Below are positions 13,519-26,170 of a stretch of DNA of 64,000 nucleotides, in pieces. Below the pieces are notes generated by a model, which made no database searches, was not told the DNA's origin, and saw nothing but the letters and a program-made list of their open reading frames with translations. Position numbers and translations under genes: made by a program. The stretch is from Octopus sinensis (lineage: Eukaryota): the NCBI RefSeq assembly GCF_006345805.1, contig NC_043000.1:40610001-40674000 (forward strand). The letters are read 5' to 3'. Numbering within the stretch: position 1 is the first letter of the stretch; the number at the start of each line of letters is the position of its first letter.

Positions 13519-13790
13519 GTGTGTGTGTGTGTGTGGTGTGTGTGTGTGTGTGAGTGTGTGTGTGTGTGTGTCTGTGTGTGTGTGTGTGTGTCTGTCCCCC
13601 AACATCGCTTGACAACCGATGCTGGTGCGTTTACATTCCCGTAACTTAGAGGTTCGGCAAAAGAACCGATAGAATAAGTACTAGACTTACAAAGAATAAG
13701 TCCTGGGGTCGATTTACTCGACTGAAGACGGTGCTCCAGCATGGCCACAGTCAAATGACTGAAACAAGTAAAAGAGTAAAGAGTAAAAGT
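13248..13790 (+). mobile_element. SINE family B (tRNA-derived, internal microsatellite), full length
   Basis: A/B-box head (tgtgtggtaag...ggttcagtccc), caccttgggtaagtgtctt domain, internal (TA)/(TG) tract, tail ending (taaaagag)n. Confidence 0.9.
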
Positions 13791-13931
13791 GTGAACCTAT
13801 TGACATGTTACCTTAGAAAGATCCCCAGTGTATTTGGTACACACGCGCGCGCGCACGCATGCATACGTACATACAGATTTATATATATAGTGAGAATTTA
13901 CAAAAAGGCAAACGACGAAGACGGGTGTGTA

Positions 13932-13971
<40 letters not shown>

Positions 13972-14044
13972 AAGTTTCAGCTCAGACCTTCGGCCATTCT
14001 GATGCACCGCCGTTTTGCGCTACACTAAGAGCCTCTTCTAATAT

Positions 14045-14622
14045 GTGGCATTTGATGAAGAATGGAGTTTGATGTAGCTACCCTCATGAGCCTTGCCGTG
14101 AGGCAGGCTCATCTCGGAATCTCGACAGGAAGAGGTCCAGCTTTGATTTAAAAACTCCTACATCTACTTTTTGCCAGTTCCTCAGACTCTTTGGGAGAAT
14201 ATTAAAAAGCTGTGGTCCCTTGAAACCGAGGCTGCTGCAGTAACTGGTCCTGAAGCGTGATGGCATTGCTGGGATCTTTGGCACTATGCAGTGTCGTCCC
14301 GTTCTGGCATTGGTGTAGCTTTCAATGCCATAATTTGGCACAGTTCCTTCCAGGATCTTTCAGATATATATTACTGCATACCTCTCCCGTCTTCTCTCCA
14401 GGGAGTAGAGTCTTAGCTGTTTCAACCTTTCCCAGTTGCTGAGCTGTTGCAAAGAGACGATCTTCTTTGTAAATCTTCTCTGGATTGCTTCAAGGTCCGC
14501 TGTTAATTTCATACTGGTGGGTGACCATAGCTGTGAGCAGTAATCCAGGCAGCTGAGGACGAATGTCCACCAGAGGACCATCATGGTTTCCTTATCTCTG
14601 GTTCTGAATGTTCTTAGGATCC
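14045..14622 (-). mobile_element. CR1/L2-clade LINE 3' relic
   Basis: LDYCSQLWSP...LEAIQRRFTKKI...ERLKQLRLYSLERRRERY, then GPQLFNILPKSLRN...FKSKLDLFL: typical CR1/L2 RT C-terminus. Confidence 0.88.
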
Positions 14623-14851
14623 GTATATGTATGTATGTATATCAGACACTAGAATAATGTCTATTACTTCGAACTTTCGTTGGCATCAACGTTTTAGACA
14701 TGCATTCTTTGTGAAAATTCGAAGTCACTATCACCCTTATAGTAATTGCGTGTTCAGTCTTTTTGCCAGTCAACGTTATGTTTTTAAATCCTATTTATTA
14801 AGATATAACCTTGAAATATGTACGTATGCATGTATGTATGTGTATACATAC

Positions 14852-14896
<45 letters not shown>

Positions 14897-15159
14897 ATTA
14901 TATATATATATATATGCACACCCATACACATACTTAGACTTTGAATATTTCATCAAGAAACAGAAGTCACTGTCAAATACACACATGTATATATACATTT
15001 ACACACATGCATGAGTGCATGAAACATAAATGTATGTATGTATGTGTGTGTGTGTTTGTATGTATTACTTATATGTGCATGTATGTAATTATATATTTAT
15101 ATGTTTATGTGAGTGTGATGTGTGTGTGTTTTACATATATTCTATTAATGAATCTGTAT

Positions 15160-15205
<46 letters not shown>

Positions 15206-15643
15206 ATACCCTATCATTACATGTACATTGTCTGTTGATACAATTCCTATAATTGTTTTTGTACATAATTTTTCTCACCACCCTATTAAAATTCATGGCT
15301 TCTCTTGATTCTTTCTGTAAATGAGATTTTCAACATATGGAAAACCTTCTTACCCCAATTTAAGATCCCTACTTTTTTCAATTTAGCTTTCTACAGAGAC
15401 CTTAAAATGTTAAAGAGAAGGGAAATGGAGAGCGAGAAAAGAAAAAACTTTGGAGAATTCAAGAAAACTGATGTGTTTTTCTTGTATTTTACACACACAC
15501 AAACACACACACATACACACACACACACACACACATACACAAATATACATATATATACATATATATATATATACACACAAACACACGCATGCACACACAA
15601 ACATATGCATATATGCATATATGTGTGTATGCGCGTGTGTGTT

Positions 15644-15674
<31 letters not shown>

Positions 15675-15920
15675 TTGTGTGTGTGTAATTGAATTATAAA
15701 TTATATTTCTTTCCAGTAAAGGTTGAACAGTAATTATGTATTTCATATTTTCTTTTCATCAGATTCCTGGAATTAATTTAAAACCACCAACAATCACGAA
15801 AACACAAACACACGTACATACGTACACTTATGAATAATAAAATAGTTATATGTATGCAGGCACAAATTCACTTACAAAACCACATATATACAAACACACA
15901 TGTACATATTATTATTATTA

Positions 15921-15953
<33 letters not shown>

Positions 15954-15958
15954 TATTA

Positions 15959-15999
<41 letters not shown>

Positions 16000-16664
16000 G
16001 TTATATCTAAATAAATGCATCTAAATAAGTTCGAAATAAGCTGTGTTGCAGTAGCATATATTTTTTGTGTGTGTTTACACGCACACACATATACGCATAT
16101 ATACATACACACACATGCACACATATACACACATACACACAGTATTTATGTATGCATATATGTATATATATTCAAATATTTATGTATGCATATATGTATA
16201 TATATTCAAATATTTATGTATGTATATATAAATACATATATAAATTTACATACATGTATACGTATATATATATATACGTACATGCATACATACATACATA
16301 CATACATACATACATACATACATACATACATACATACATACATACATACATACATACATACATACATACATAGACATACACACATGCACTGAACTGAAAT
16401 CCCCTCTTTGTTAGAAACAAGATAAAAGCATGAATCAATTGTTGATACGAGTATGTATATATGCTGTGAGTATATGTATGCTACTAATGATGTATGCGTA
16501 TTTTGTGTAACTTTGCTGAAGTTCAGTTTCGTTATAGATCACACGCCTAGGTGAAAGTTTTGGGTGTTTGTCTACGTGTTTCACTTAATGTCTGTATGCT
16601 GTTAAGTGTGTATGTTTATATGTGTTTGTGTGTGTATGTATGTATATATACACACGCATATATG

Positions 16665-16751
<87 letters not shown>

Positions 16752-16798
16752 ATATATATATATATATGTGTGTATTATATATATATATATATATAATA

Positions 16799-16829
<31 letters not shown>

Positions 16830-17845
16830 CAGGGGTTAGACAAAATATAATGGAAACACCTAGCATCATAGTATCATAATTTTGAAATATCTATAAAACC
16901 GGCAAAAGCTTGTTTATTTTTATGTTTTTTGATTTATTATTAGTGTTGCGTAATGTTTTGCTAAAATTGCTGTTTCTTTTCAGAAATCATAAGAAAAAGC
17001 TAATTAAAATTCATTAAAATGACAGATCTATCGGACTTTCAAAGAGGTCGAATTGTTCGTGCTTATATGGCAGGCGCTAGCGTAAAGAAAACAGCCAAAA
17101 TGTTTGATGTATCAAGAAATAATGTCTCGAAAGTAATGACAGCCTTTGAGAAAGAGGGGAAAACTTCCTCGTCGAAACAAAACTCCGGAAGAAAACCCAA
17201 ACTTTCAGATAGGGACCGTTGGATTCTTACGCGAATTGTTAGAAAAGATCACAAAAATACCGCTCCCAAAATTACTGCAGAGCTTAATGACCACCTCGAG
17301 AACCCACTTTCCACAAAAACTGTTCTCCGGGAGCTACTCAAAGCCGGATTTCACGGGAGGGCTGCAATCAGAAAACCACTACTTCCAAAAACAAACGTTG
17401 CAAAGCGTTTAGAGTGGAGTAAAAACCTACAGAATTGGTCCCTAGAGCAGTGGAAGAATGTTATTTTCTCGGACGAGTCGTCCTTTATTTTATTTCCGAC
17501 CACCGGCCGAGTATACGTATGGAGACAGCCGAAAAAACTATCTGACCCATACTGCCTTCTTCCAGCTGTTAAATACGGAGGAGGATCAGTGATGATCGTG
17601 GGGAGGGCCTATATTTTGGAAATCCGCCGTCCTTGAATATTTATGGTGCATTTTAGAAAAACAAGTAAGGAGTCGATATCCTCCACCATCATCACTACAA
17701 GAACTGGAGACTGTTTTAGCTGACTTTGTGTGAGCCCATACTCCATAGAATTCGAGCTGTAATTACTGACAAAGGCGGTCCTACCCCATATTAAAATAAA
17801 TTTGTTTGAAATTTTAAGGTGTTTCCATTATTTTGTCCAACCCTG
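16830..17845 (+). mobile_element. Tc1-family DNA transposon, internally deleted
   Basis: About 30 bp TIRs (caggggttagacaaaatataatggaaacacct at 16830; aggtgtttccattattttgtccaaccctg at 17817-17845), TA at left, transposase ORF inside, C-terminal remnant (EYLWCILEKQVRSRYPPPSSLQELE...GGPTPY*). Confidence 0.93.
17019..17636 (+). pseudogene. Truncated Tc1 transposase (HTH DNA-binding domain + first catalytic D; rest of DDE deleted)
   Basis: ATG-started 205 aa ORF: MTDLSDFQRGRIV...GRKPKLS...WKNVIFSDES...VKYGGGSVMI. The second D and the SPDLNPIE region are missing. Confidence 0.88.
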
Positions 17846-18016
17846 GATATGTGTGTGCGTGTGCGCGCGCGCGTGTGTGTGTGTATGCATGTATACATGT
17901 ATATCTCTATATATATATATTTATACGTATATATGTATGTGTGTGTGTATGTTTGTATGTATGTATGTATGTATGTTTGTATGTATGTATGTATGAATGT
18001 ATGTATATGTAGCTCT

Positions 18017-18047
<31 letters not shown>

Positions 18048-18062
18048 ACATATAAATATATA

Positions 18063-18108
<46 letters not shown>

Positions 18109-18110
<2 letters not shown>

Positions 18111-18292
18111 CTAAAGGCTTGGCTGGAGGCCCAGGCTTCCGAGTTCTTTTATAGAGGTAAGAAAAACTGAAGAGTCGTTGCAAAAAGTGTGTAAAAACCC
18201 AGAGGGGAATATGTTGAATAAAATCATAATTAACTGGTTCTCCTGTATTTTATTTTACTCAAGGCTAAGAACTTTTCAGCACGCCACCCTCG
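18109..18292 (+). mobile_element. mariner 3' fragment with right TIR
   Basis: Decayed mariner C-terminus (KAWLEAQASEF...KSRCKKCVK..EGNMLN, frameshifted), ending aacttttcagcacgccaccctcg|ta. Confidence 0.75.
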
Positions 18293-19026
18293 TATATACC
18301 CCTGCATATGTGGTTGTGCCTGTATGTGTGCGTTTACTATCTTCGTGTGTATACATATGCTATATATATACCGTGTATATATATATATATATATATGCTT
18401 TATTGACTTTGAAGAACTACACTGCACTACGTTTCATATAATACCTACTAACCTGCTAAGCATTCAATTATTTTAGATAACGTGACAGCTTCACATAAAC
18501 AATCCTTTCGGAAGCATTTAAATTTCGTTGTGCAGATGGTTATTATTATAATTGTTTTTGTTGTTGGAGCAATTATTGCGCTCTCCCCTCATTGATCTCC
18601 TTTTTTCTATACTTTTTTTGTACAGGTAAACTTGCATCTTTTATCTGCAGTGTTTGCCGTAGACCATTCTAAGGAGACTTGTAAGAACAAGGGCCCAGGA
18701 TGATGGAACAAACGCTGGTTTCGTCCCAGTACTGGTACTATCTTATTTTATCAACTGCAGGGAATTAGAAGAATCAGTAGGGGGTCGAGCAAAAATACCT
18801 TGCAGCATTTTGTTCGATGCACCAAAAGTTCTGCCATTGTACTCGAGTCGATATAATTCACTACTCTCTCTCTCTTTTCGTTTTTCTTTCTTTCTTTCTC
18901 TCTCTCTCTCTCTCTCTCTCTTTCCTTCTTTCTCTCTCTCTCTCTCTCTTTCCTTCTTTCTCTCTCTCTCTCTCATAAATAAGCGAGTCAGCGAGGGAGT
19001 CTCTACTTGGTAGACTATTACTACTA

Positions 19027-19066
<40 letters not shown>

Positions 19067-19181
19067 ACTACTACTACTACTACTAAGAAGAAGAAGAAGT
19101 AGAAGAACAAGAAGAAGAAGAAGAAGAAGAAGAAGAAGAAGAAGAAGAAGAAGAAGAAGAAGAAGAAGAAGAAGAAGAAGA

Positions 19182-19765
19182 ATCCGTTCTACTCTAGGCA
19201 CACAGCCTTGAAATTTTGGGGGAAGTGGGCTAGTCGATTACATCGACCCCAGCACTTAACTGGTACTTATTTCATCGATCCCGATAGGATGAAAGGCAAA
19301 GTCGATCACAGCGGAATTTGAACTCAGAACGTAACGGTAGACGGAATACCCATTTCTTTACTACATACAAGAGGCTAAGCTCAGAGAGGACAAACAAGGA
19401 CAGACAAACGGATTAAGTCGATTATGACGACACTAGTGCGTAACTGCTACTTAATTTATCGACCCCGAAATGATGAAAGGCAAAGTCGATCACAGCGGAA
19501 TTTGAACTTAGAACGTAACGGTAGACGGAATACCTATTTCTTTACTACATACAAGAGGCTAAGCTCAGAGAGGACAAACAAGGACAGACAAACGGATTAA
19601 GTCGATTATGTCGACACTAGTGCGTAACTGCTACTTAATTTATCGACCCCGAAAAAATGGAAGGCAAAGTCGATCACAGCGGAATTTGAACTTAGAACGT
19701 AACGGCAGACGAAATACTGCTAAGCATTTCGCCTGGCGTGCTAACGTTTCTGCCAGCTCGCTGTC
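19182..19765 (-). mobile_element. SINE family A tandem array (variant-2 unit + two 184 bp units + head)
   Basis: Unit junctions at 19348, 19532 and 19716. Confidence 0.88.
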
Positions 19766-19839
19766 TTACTACTGTTGCTACTACTACTACTGCTACTACT
19801 ACTAATACTACTAATACTATTACGACGACGACGACAATG

Positions 19840-19879
<40 letters not shown>

Positions 19880-19902
19880 ACAACAACAACAACAACAACA
19901 AC

Positions 19903-19973
<71 letters not shown>

Positions 19974-19978
19974 CAACA

Positions 19979-20775
19979 TGCCCTGATGCAGTACCAGGAA
20001 GTGGCTCTCGTGGCTTCTGATCTTAAGTAATTGGAAGTGTTATCATGTACATTGTTTTGTCTTGGTATAAAAGATGGGCTAGAGAAAATATTCTGCTCAA
20101 TACCACAGGTTTGCTTGTCAGTGTTTGACCATAACCAGTTGAGCATGTCCCTTAGTGGCTGACGATATGTGCATCTCTGATCACGAGCAGAAGTAGTGGG
20201 GAGCATCATAGGCATGTGTTGAGAGGGATTCGTTGGGGTTTGAATAATTCACCTCTGGAAACATGGGTGGTTCTTTCAACATCCTTAAACAACCCTTATT
20301 CAGGGACCTTTTGAGTGGCATGGGCTACTCAACCTTAAGAAAATTCTAACTGGGCCCCACCTGCAAGGTCATGTGCTGTTTATCTTGATATGAGATCACC
20401 ATGTCGCGCACATATGGTTGTGATGCATGTGCCTGGTGTACCCTTATAAGACGGGTAGTCTTGATGGGTATATTGGGGGAGCATCATAACCCTATGTTGA
20501 GAGGGATTCTCTGGGGTTTGGATAATTCACATCTGGAAACATGGGTGTTTTGTTCAACATCCTTAAACAACCCTTATTCAGGGACCAGTTGACTGGGATG
20601 GGCTACTCGACCAGAAGAAAATTCTAACTAGGCCCCACCTGCAAGGTCATGTGCTGTTTATCTTGATATGAGATCACCATGTCGCGCACATATGGTTGTG
20701 ATGCATGTACCTTGTGTACCCTTATCAGACGGGTAGTCATGATGGGCTTACTTTGATGGCATGCACTGCTCTCTC
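19979..20775. mobile_element. Non-coding interspersed element between (AAT)n tracts with an internal 278 bp tandem duplication
   Basis: gagagggatt at 20221 and 20499; atgtcgcgca at 20401 and 20679. Flanked by (AAT)n/(TAT)n. Confidence 0.7.
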
Positions 20776-20804
20776 ACTCAATAATAATAATAATTATAAT
20801 TATA

Positions 20805-20837
<33 letters not shown>

Positions 20838-20891
20838 CTGCTGCTGCTGTTTCTCCACCTCCTCCCCCTCCTCCTCCTCCTCCTCCTCCTC

Positions 20892-20930
<39 letters not shown>

Positions 20931-22198
20931 AAAACATTAGTTTCGAGCAGAAATAATGCATTCCAGGTTGTTTATGTCTGGGGAGAAAAGAGACTTCGTG
21001 TCAACAGAAGGTGGTGCGGAGGTTACAGTGGTGGTAGCGTTGCGCGACGGTAAGTGTTTGTGTGTGTGTGTGTGTGTGTATTTTCCTAATGGGGGGAGAT
21101 GATGGTGGTTGTGACAGCGGTGGTAACAGCGACGACAGTAATAGTGGTGGTGGTGGTGGTGGTGGTAGTGGTGACGATGGAGGCGCCGGTGGTGGCGCCG
21201 GTGGTGGCTGTGATTGTTGTAGTTTTGATAGTGATAGTGGTGGTGGTGGTGGTGGTGATAACGGTGGAGATTATAATGATGGGGGCGGGATGTCGGTGGG
21301 GATGCAAGTTGTGGTGGAGGTTGTAGTGATGATAGTGGTGGTGGTGGTGGTGGTGGTGGGGTGCCGTCAATGATTATTGCGATAAAAAGTTGGTAATAAG
21401 AAGTGGTGTTGTTTATGCCGATTATACAATTAGCGACAGCGGCGGCGGTAGCAGCGGTAGCAGTGGCAGCAGCGGTAGCAGCGGCAGCAGCGGTAGCAGC
21501 GGCAGCAGCAATAGCGGTGGTCGCAGCGGTGAACCATAGTGATGGTAGTAAAAGAGGTAAAACGTCTGTTGCAATAACGTCTGCAGTGGGTGTAAAGAGT
21601 GAGGGTGAAGGCAATGTTCAGAAGTAAACAATAGTTCGATGTTTGGGAGCAATGTGGTGGAGAAACTTAATTATATCAGCGCCAATTGAAGTGTAATAGC
21701 GATGATATAAGATTGTACAGAAACAATACAGCAGAAGGAATTCACTATAATAACAAATGCCGACGAATAAGGCATCTATAAATAAAAGCCCTGCCTTTAT
21801 ATCTCTCAACAGATTTACCCGAAAACAGTAAAATAATATTTTATCTGTAAAAACATAATAATAGGAGAAAAGAAAAAAAAACGGAGAAAAATACATTAAC
21901 TGAGAATATTTTAAAAGATTAAAACAATAAATGTAGAAATAGTGAAAGAAACACGTTTATCTATATTTAATGTTTCCCTTTTGTGGAAAAAAAAGAAGAA
22001 CTGACGTTGTTGTTGCTGCTGCTGCTGCTGTTGTTGTTGTTGTTGTGGTGGTGGTGGTGGTGGCTGTTGTTTTTAACTCTTTCATACATAATTATGTGAA
22101 CATTTTCTACTTGCACTGGTTTGGCATTGGTTTGATTCTACTGATACCCTACTTTACTCTCCCCCCTCTCTCCCCTATATCTCTCTCACTTTCTCAGG

Positions 22199-22278
<80 letters not shown>

Positions 22279-22287
22279 ATCTCTATA

Positions 22288-22381
<94 letters not shown>

Positions 22382-22429
22382 TCATCTATCGATCATCCTC
22401 TTCACACACAGATAACACAATTACATATA

Positions 22430-23308
22430 CGAGGTCTGATCAATAAGTATCCGGACTGTTGCTATAGTAACGAAGCTAAAGCACACAGAGTGAATCCGCT
22501 GGACAAAGATTGACCTTGAACTCTGCTGTGCATGCTCACCAAGTTTTAACGTTCTAGCCCACTTCCGCTGTTTACAGCAGTGCTTGGAAGGAAGGTGTGT
22601 AGCATGTGACCGTTGCATTGACCATGATAGAAAGATGTCATAGCGATACCTACTCAAAAAGTTGCAGAAAGTGTATGGAGAGGAGTGTATGAGCCGCAGA
22701 CAAGTGAACAAGTGGTTCAGACGTTCCCAATATGGCTGAAATCAAGGCGATATTGACGAACGTTCTGGGAGACCCTCAACTAGCTGAACTGAGAAAAAAC
22801 ATCGCAGATTTGTACAGTTGTGAGAGGAAATTGTCGAATCACTATCTGTGAGTTTTCAGAGGATGTGCAGATTAGTTACGGTTCAGTTCAGTCCATTATC
22901 ACTGAAGATTTGGGTATGAGACACGTGTCCGCCAAGTTTGTGTCAAATCTGCTTTCAGCTGACGAAAAAGACACTTGCGTTTCAGTTGCACAAGATCTTG
23001 GCTGTGTCGAGAATGATGAAAAATTTTTGAAAACTTTGCGTAGGCCTCTGAGCAGGTATCAGCGAGCTTTTGGCAAAATTTGCTGCAGATTCTCTTCTCA
23101 ACTTTCTCTGTCATGTTCAATGCAACGACCACACGCTACACATCTTCCTTCCAAGTACTACTGTAAACAGCGGAAGTGAGCTAGAATGTTAAAACTTTGT
23201 GCGCATGCAGAGCAGAGTTCAAGATCAATCAGTGCCAAGCGGTTTCACTCTGTGTGAGTTAGCTTCGTTACTATGGCAACAGTTCTGATTCTTATTGATC
23301 AGACTACG
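22430..23308 (+). mobile_element. Non-autonomous mariner derivative with long (>200 bp) inverted ends, TA flanks
   Basis: ta|cgaggtctgatcaataag ... cttattgatcagactacg|ta. The interior encodes a decayed mariner N-terminus (ERSGRPSTS...RITICEFSEDVQISYGSVQSIITEDLGMRHVSAKFV). The right arm is an inverted 5' end encoding MTEKVEKRICSKFCQKL. Confidence 0.88.
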
Positions 23309-23594
23309 TATAAAGGGAACTACTTTACATTTAAATATGTTATATTAAGACACGGCTGAAACAAAGACAAAAATATAGAGATAAAAACTGATGTATTTGT
23401 CTATCCAAATTCTTGAAGGGCAATTTTTTCCTTGATGTTTCATATTTCCTCATTAGTTTTTTCTATTTACGCTTAAAGCAACATCGTTCTCAGTTTTTTT
23501 AATTCTCTTTCGAATTGAATTAAAGATAAGCACGGTGGAACTGCGTCAGGAACCGGCTTACCAGTTATGCGACGAACATAGACACAAACACTTA

Positions 23595-23624
<30 letters not shown>

Positions 23625-23630
<6 letters not shown>

Positions 23631-23790
23631 CGACGGGCTTCTTTCAGTTTCCATCTATCAAATACACTCCCAAGGCTTTGGTCAGCCCGAGGCTATAAGA
23701 GAAAACACTTGCCCAAGGTGCTATGATGTAGCGAAACTGAAGCTGGAACCGTGTGGTTAGGAGCATGCTTACTATTACACCGCACGCCTG
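23625..23790 (-). mobile_element. SINE family B 5' half
   Basis: cgacgggcttctttcagtttcc...aaacacttgcccaaggtgc. Confidence 0.75.
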
Positions 23791-23869
23791 CACCTATGTT
23801 ATTTAAATGTTATTTAAAAAGTGTTATTAAAGGATCTTTTATAATACAAATTGCTATTGATTACGTCCT

Positions 23870-24400
23870 AAAAGGTTAGATCAGTTGGTGGGGGTTGGCA
23901 TGCGCCGTTGCAGTGCATCGCTGTATCCACCATTTCTGGGTATCTGCTGAAGTTGTTCCGATCCACCCTCCCACCACTGTCCCATTCAATTCCCAACTCC
24001 GCAAGATACTTCCTCATCTGCCATGACCATCTCGGCGTCACCTTGGAGGATGCAGATGGGCTGGCATGGGACCGCCAGCGATGGAAGATTACAGGTAAGT
24101 TCACCGTCATCAATTCACCACAGGGAAAGTTCACCGTTATTAATTCACCAGGAAGAAAATTCCCCGCCAGGAAAGTTTACCGAGAAAATATATCCATTGT
24201 GTCTCATCATTACTAGACTATTTTATTGAACAAAAAAAAAAAAGAGGAAGAAAACGCTGGATTGATGACGGTGAACTTTCCTTGCGGTGAACTGATGACG
24301 GTGAACTTACCGGACATGGCGATGGAGAGCACTGGTTGACATGGTCGGCTCTACGCATGATGACGCCTCTGGGACCACTAACTTGGAATAGCCCCAGCTC
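23870..24400 (+). mobile_element. RTE-like LINE 3' relic interrupted by a MITE
   Basis: HLGVTLEDADGLAWDRQRW continues in frame as RALVDMVGSTHD once 24087-24318 and one TSD copy are removed. Confidence 0.65.
24087..24318. mobile_element. MITE with ~9 bp TSD (Mutator-like) and sub-terminal repeats
   Basis: TIR core ggtaagttcaccgtcatcaattcacc / ggtgaactgatgacggtgaacttacc. Flanks gcgatggaa (24078-24086) and gcgatggag (24319-24327). Confidence 0.8.
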
Positions 24401-25835
24401 CATCAAACAAGTGCTTGAAACCAAGAAACCAAACCATGACTATGAGGCATGTGGCCGACCAAGACGAGCCGTCATCCCAGTCGGATCCTCAGAGAAGAGA
24501 ACACGGTTGTCAGGATTCAACTCGGTAAATGGAGTGACATGCACAAACAGTCTAAGCTGACACTCCCGAAATCTCAAAACAAAATTAGAATATGTCCTTC
24601 TCCTTTTGGGAGACCGGTCAATGAGACGCAGTTTATTTAATTAAGTAAAGAAAATATTTGTGTATTTGAATTTTCAGATTCTGATATGTGATGTTAACTG
24701 TAAAGAGACCTACATTTTGATTGTTAAGAATTGGGAGAATAAAGACTTAAAACCGGAATGAACAAAGCGACCTACCATAACTTTAGGACAAATGGGTATA
24801 CAGAGAGATGTGGGGCGAAATAGACTATTTACAGATGTTGAAACAAGTATTTAATAATTATTTTTTTATTCCATAAAATGTTTTGTAACAAGGGATTATT
24901 TTCAGAAAAGTGAAATAACTATTTTTGTAGGTTGTAACTTTAAACTGATTTCCTGGGAAATTTTGAGGTTTGGTGCTAAATAGAATGTTTAAAAAAAGCA
25001 AAACTGGATAGATTGGGAAGTAAACTAGTTTAACGATAAAATTGAAAAGTACTGTCTCAAAGTACATGAGGGAAACATAGAAGACAAACAAATGATTGTG
25101 TTGTATATACGAAAATCGTTATAAGGAAGTCTGATTCGAAATCTGTCTAAATAATTAAAAACCTAGATGTGTCTTAAATGATAAATGATTGAAAAGTTTT
25201 AATCTATGCCTGTCCTGTGATACGCAGGACATATTTTCTGGTGTCCATGGATCATAAATGGTACACATTCCCATTGTTTCAATCACTAGAGATCTTGGGA
25301 CTTATGAAAGGAAAACTTTGTATTACTCAGAAATTATAAACAAGAGCTAGCAAAAGATCTTAAAGCAAGCGTGAATGTTTTGGACAAACCGATGAAAATG
25401 CTTCAGACAGGTAAAGGTTTAAGCATATTTAAAAAATAATAATAATTGAATACATGGTCATTAAATATGCTAATAAACGTTTAGTGGGTTAACAGACACA
25501 TTATTGCGCCTGACACTATAGGGCTTTTTTTCTCTACGTTCTGAGTTCAAATCCCGCTGAGATCAACTTTGCTTTTCATAATTTCCGAGTCGATAAAATA
25601 TAGCATGAGTTAAGTACTGGGATCAATGTTATCGACTATTCCATTCCTTTCAAACTTGCTGGTCTTGCACCTAAGGGAGAAATCATTATCTTAACTGTGG
25701 AGAGCTAGCAGAATAGTTAACGCTCTGAACAAAATGCTTAGCAATATTTCGTTCGTCCATACGTTCTGAATTCAAATTCTGCCGAAACCAATTCTGCGTT
25801 TCATTTTTTCGGAGTTGGTGATATATATATAAATA

Positions 25836-25933
<98 letters not shown>

Positions 25934-25934
25934 G

Positions 25935-26125
25935 TACGTTGACTCTGCGAGTATTCCAGTCAACAGCTTCCACACGGGGCAAACAGGATATCGGCCTGTA
26001 ATTGACTACCGTATTACCTTCTTCGATATTTTTCAGGCACAGCTTTGTCCTACCCAATGTCAACCACTCTGGTATTACTTGGTCGGCGATTAACAAGGTG
26101 TTGAGTTGCACAGCTATTCTTGCAT
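25935..26125 (-). mobile_element. Short fragment of a second R4/Dong-like RT (N-terminal RT region)
   Basis: IPEWLTLGRTKLCLKNIEEGNTVVNYRPISCLP / WKLLTGI parallels PEWLTKGKTILIPK...NYRPITCLP of the large copy. Confidence 0.8.
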
Positions 26126-26170
26126 GACATTCAACAAATCTTTTGTATTATTATTATTATTATTATTATT

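Noticed and set aside
18627-18692. Acceptor followed by FICSVCRRPF (zinc-finger-like)
   Set aside because: Stop codon immediately follows; no His pair.
20400-20470. HDV-like ribozyme in the 278 bp unit
   Set aside because: A P1-like pairing exists, but there is too little sequence for P2/P3/L3.
21430-21540. Poly-Ala-like GC-rich ORF
   Set aside because: Degenerate (GCA/GCG/GTA)n repeat within a low-complexity field.
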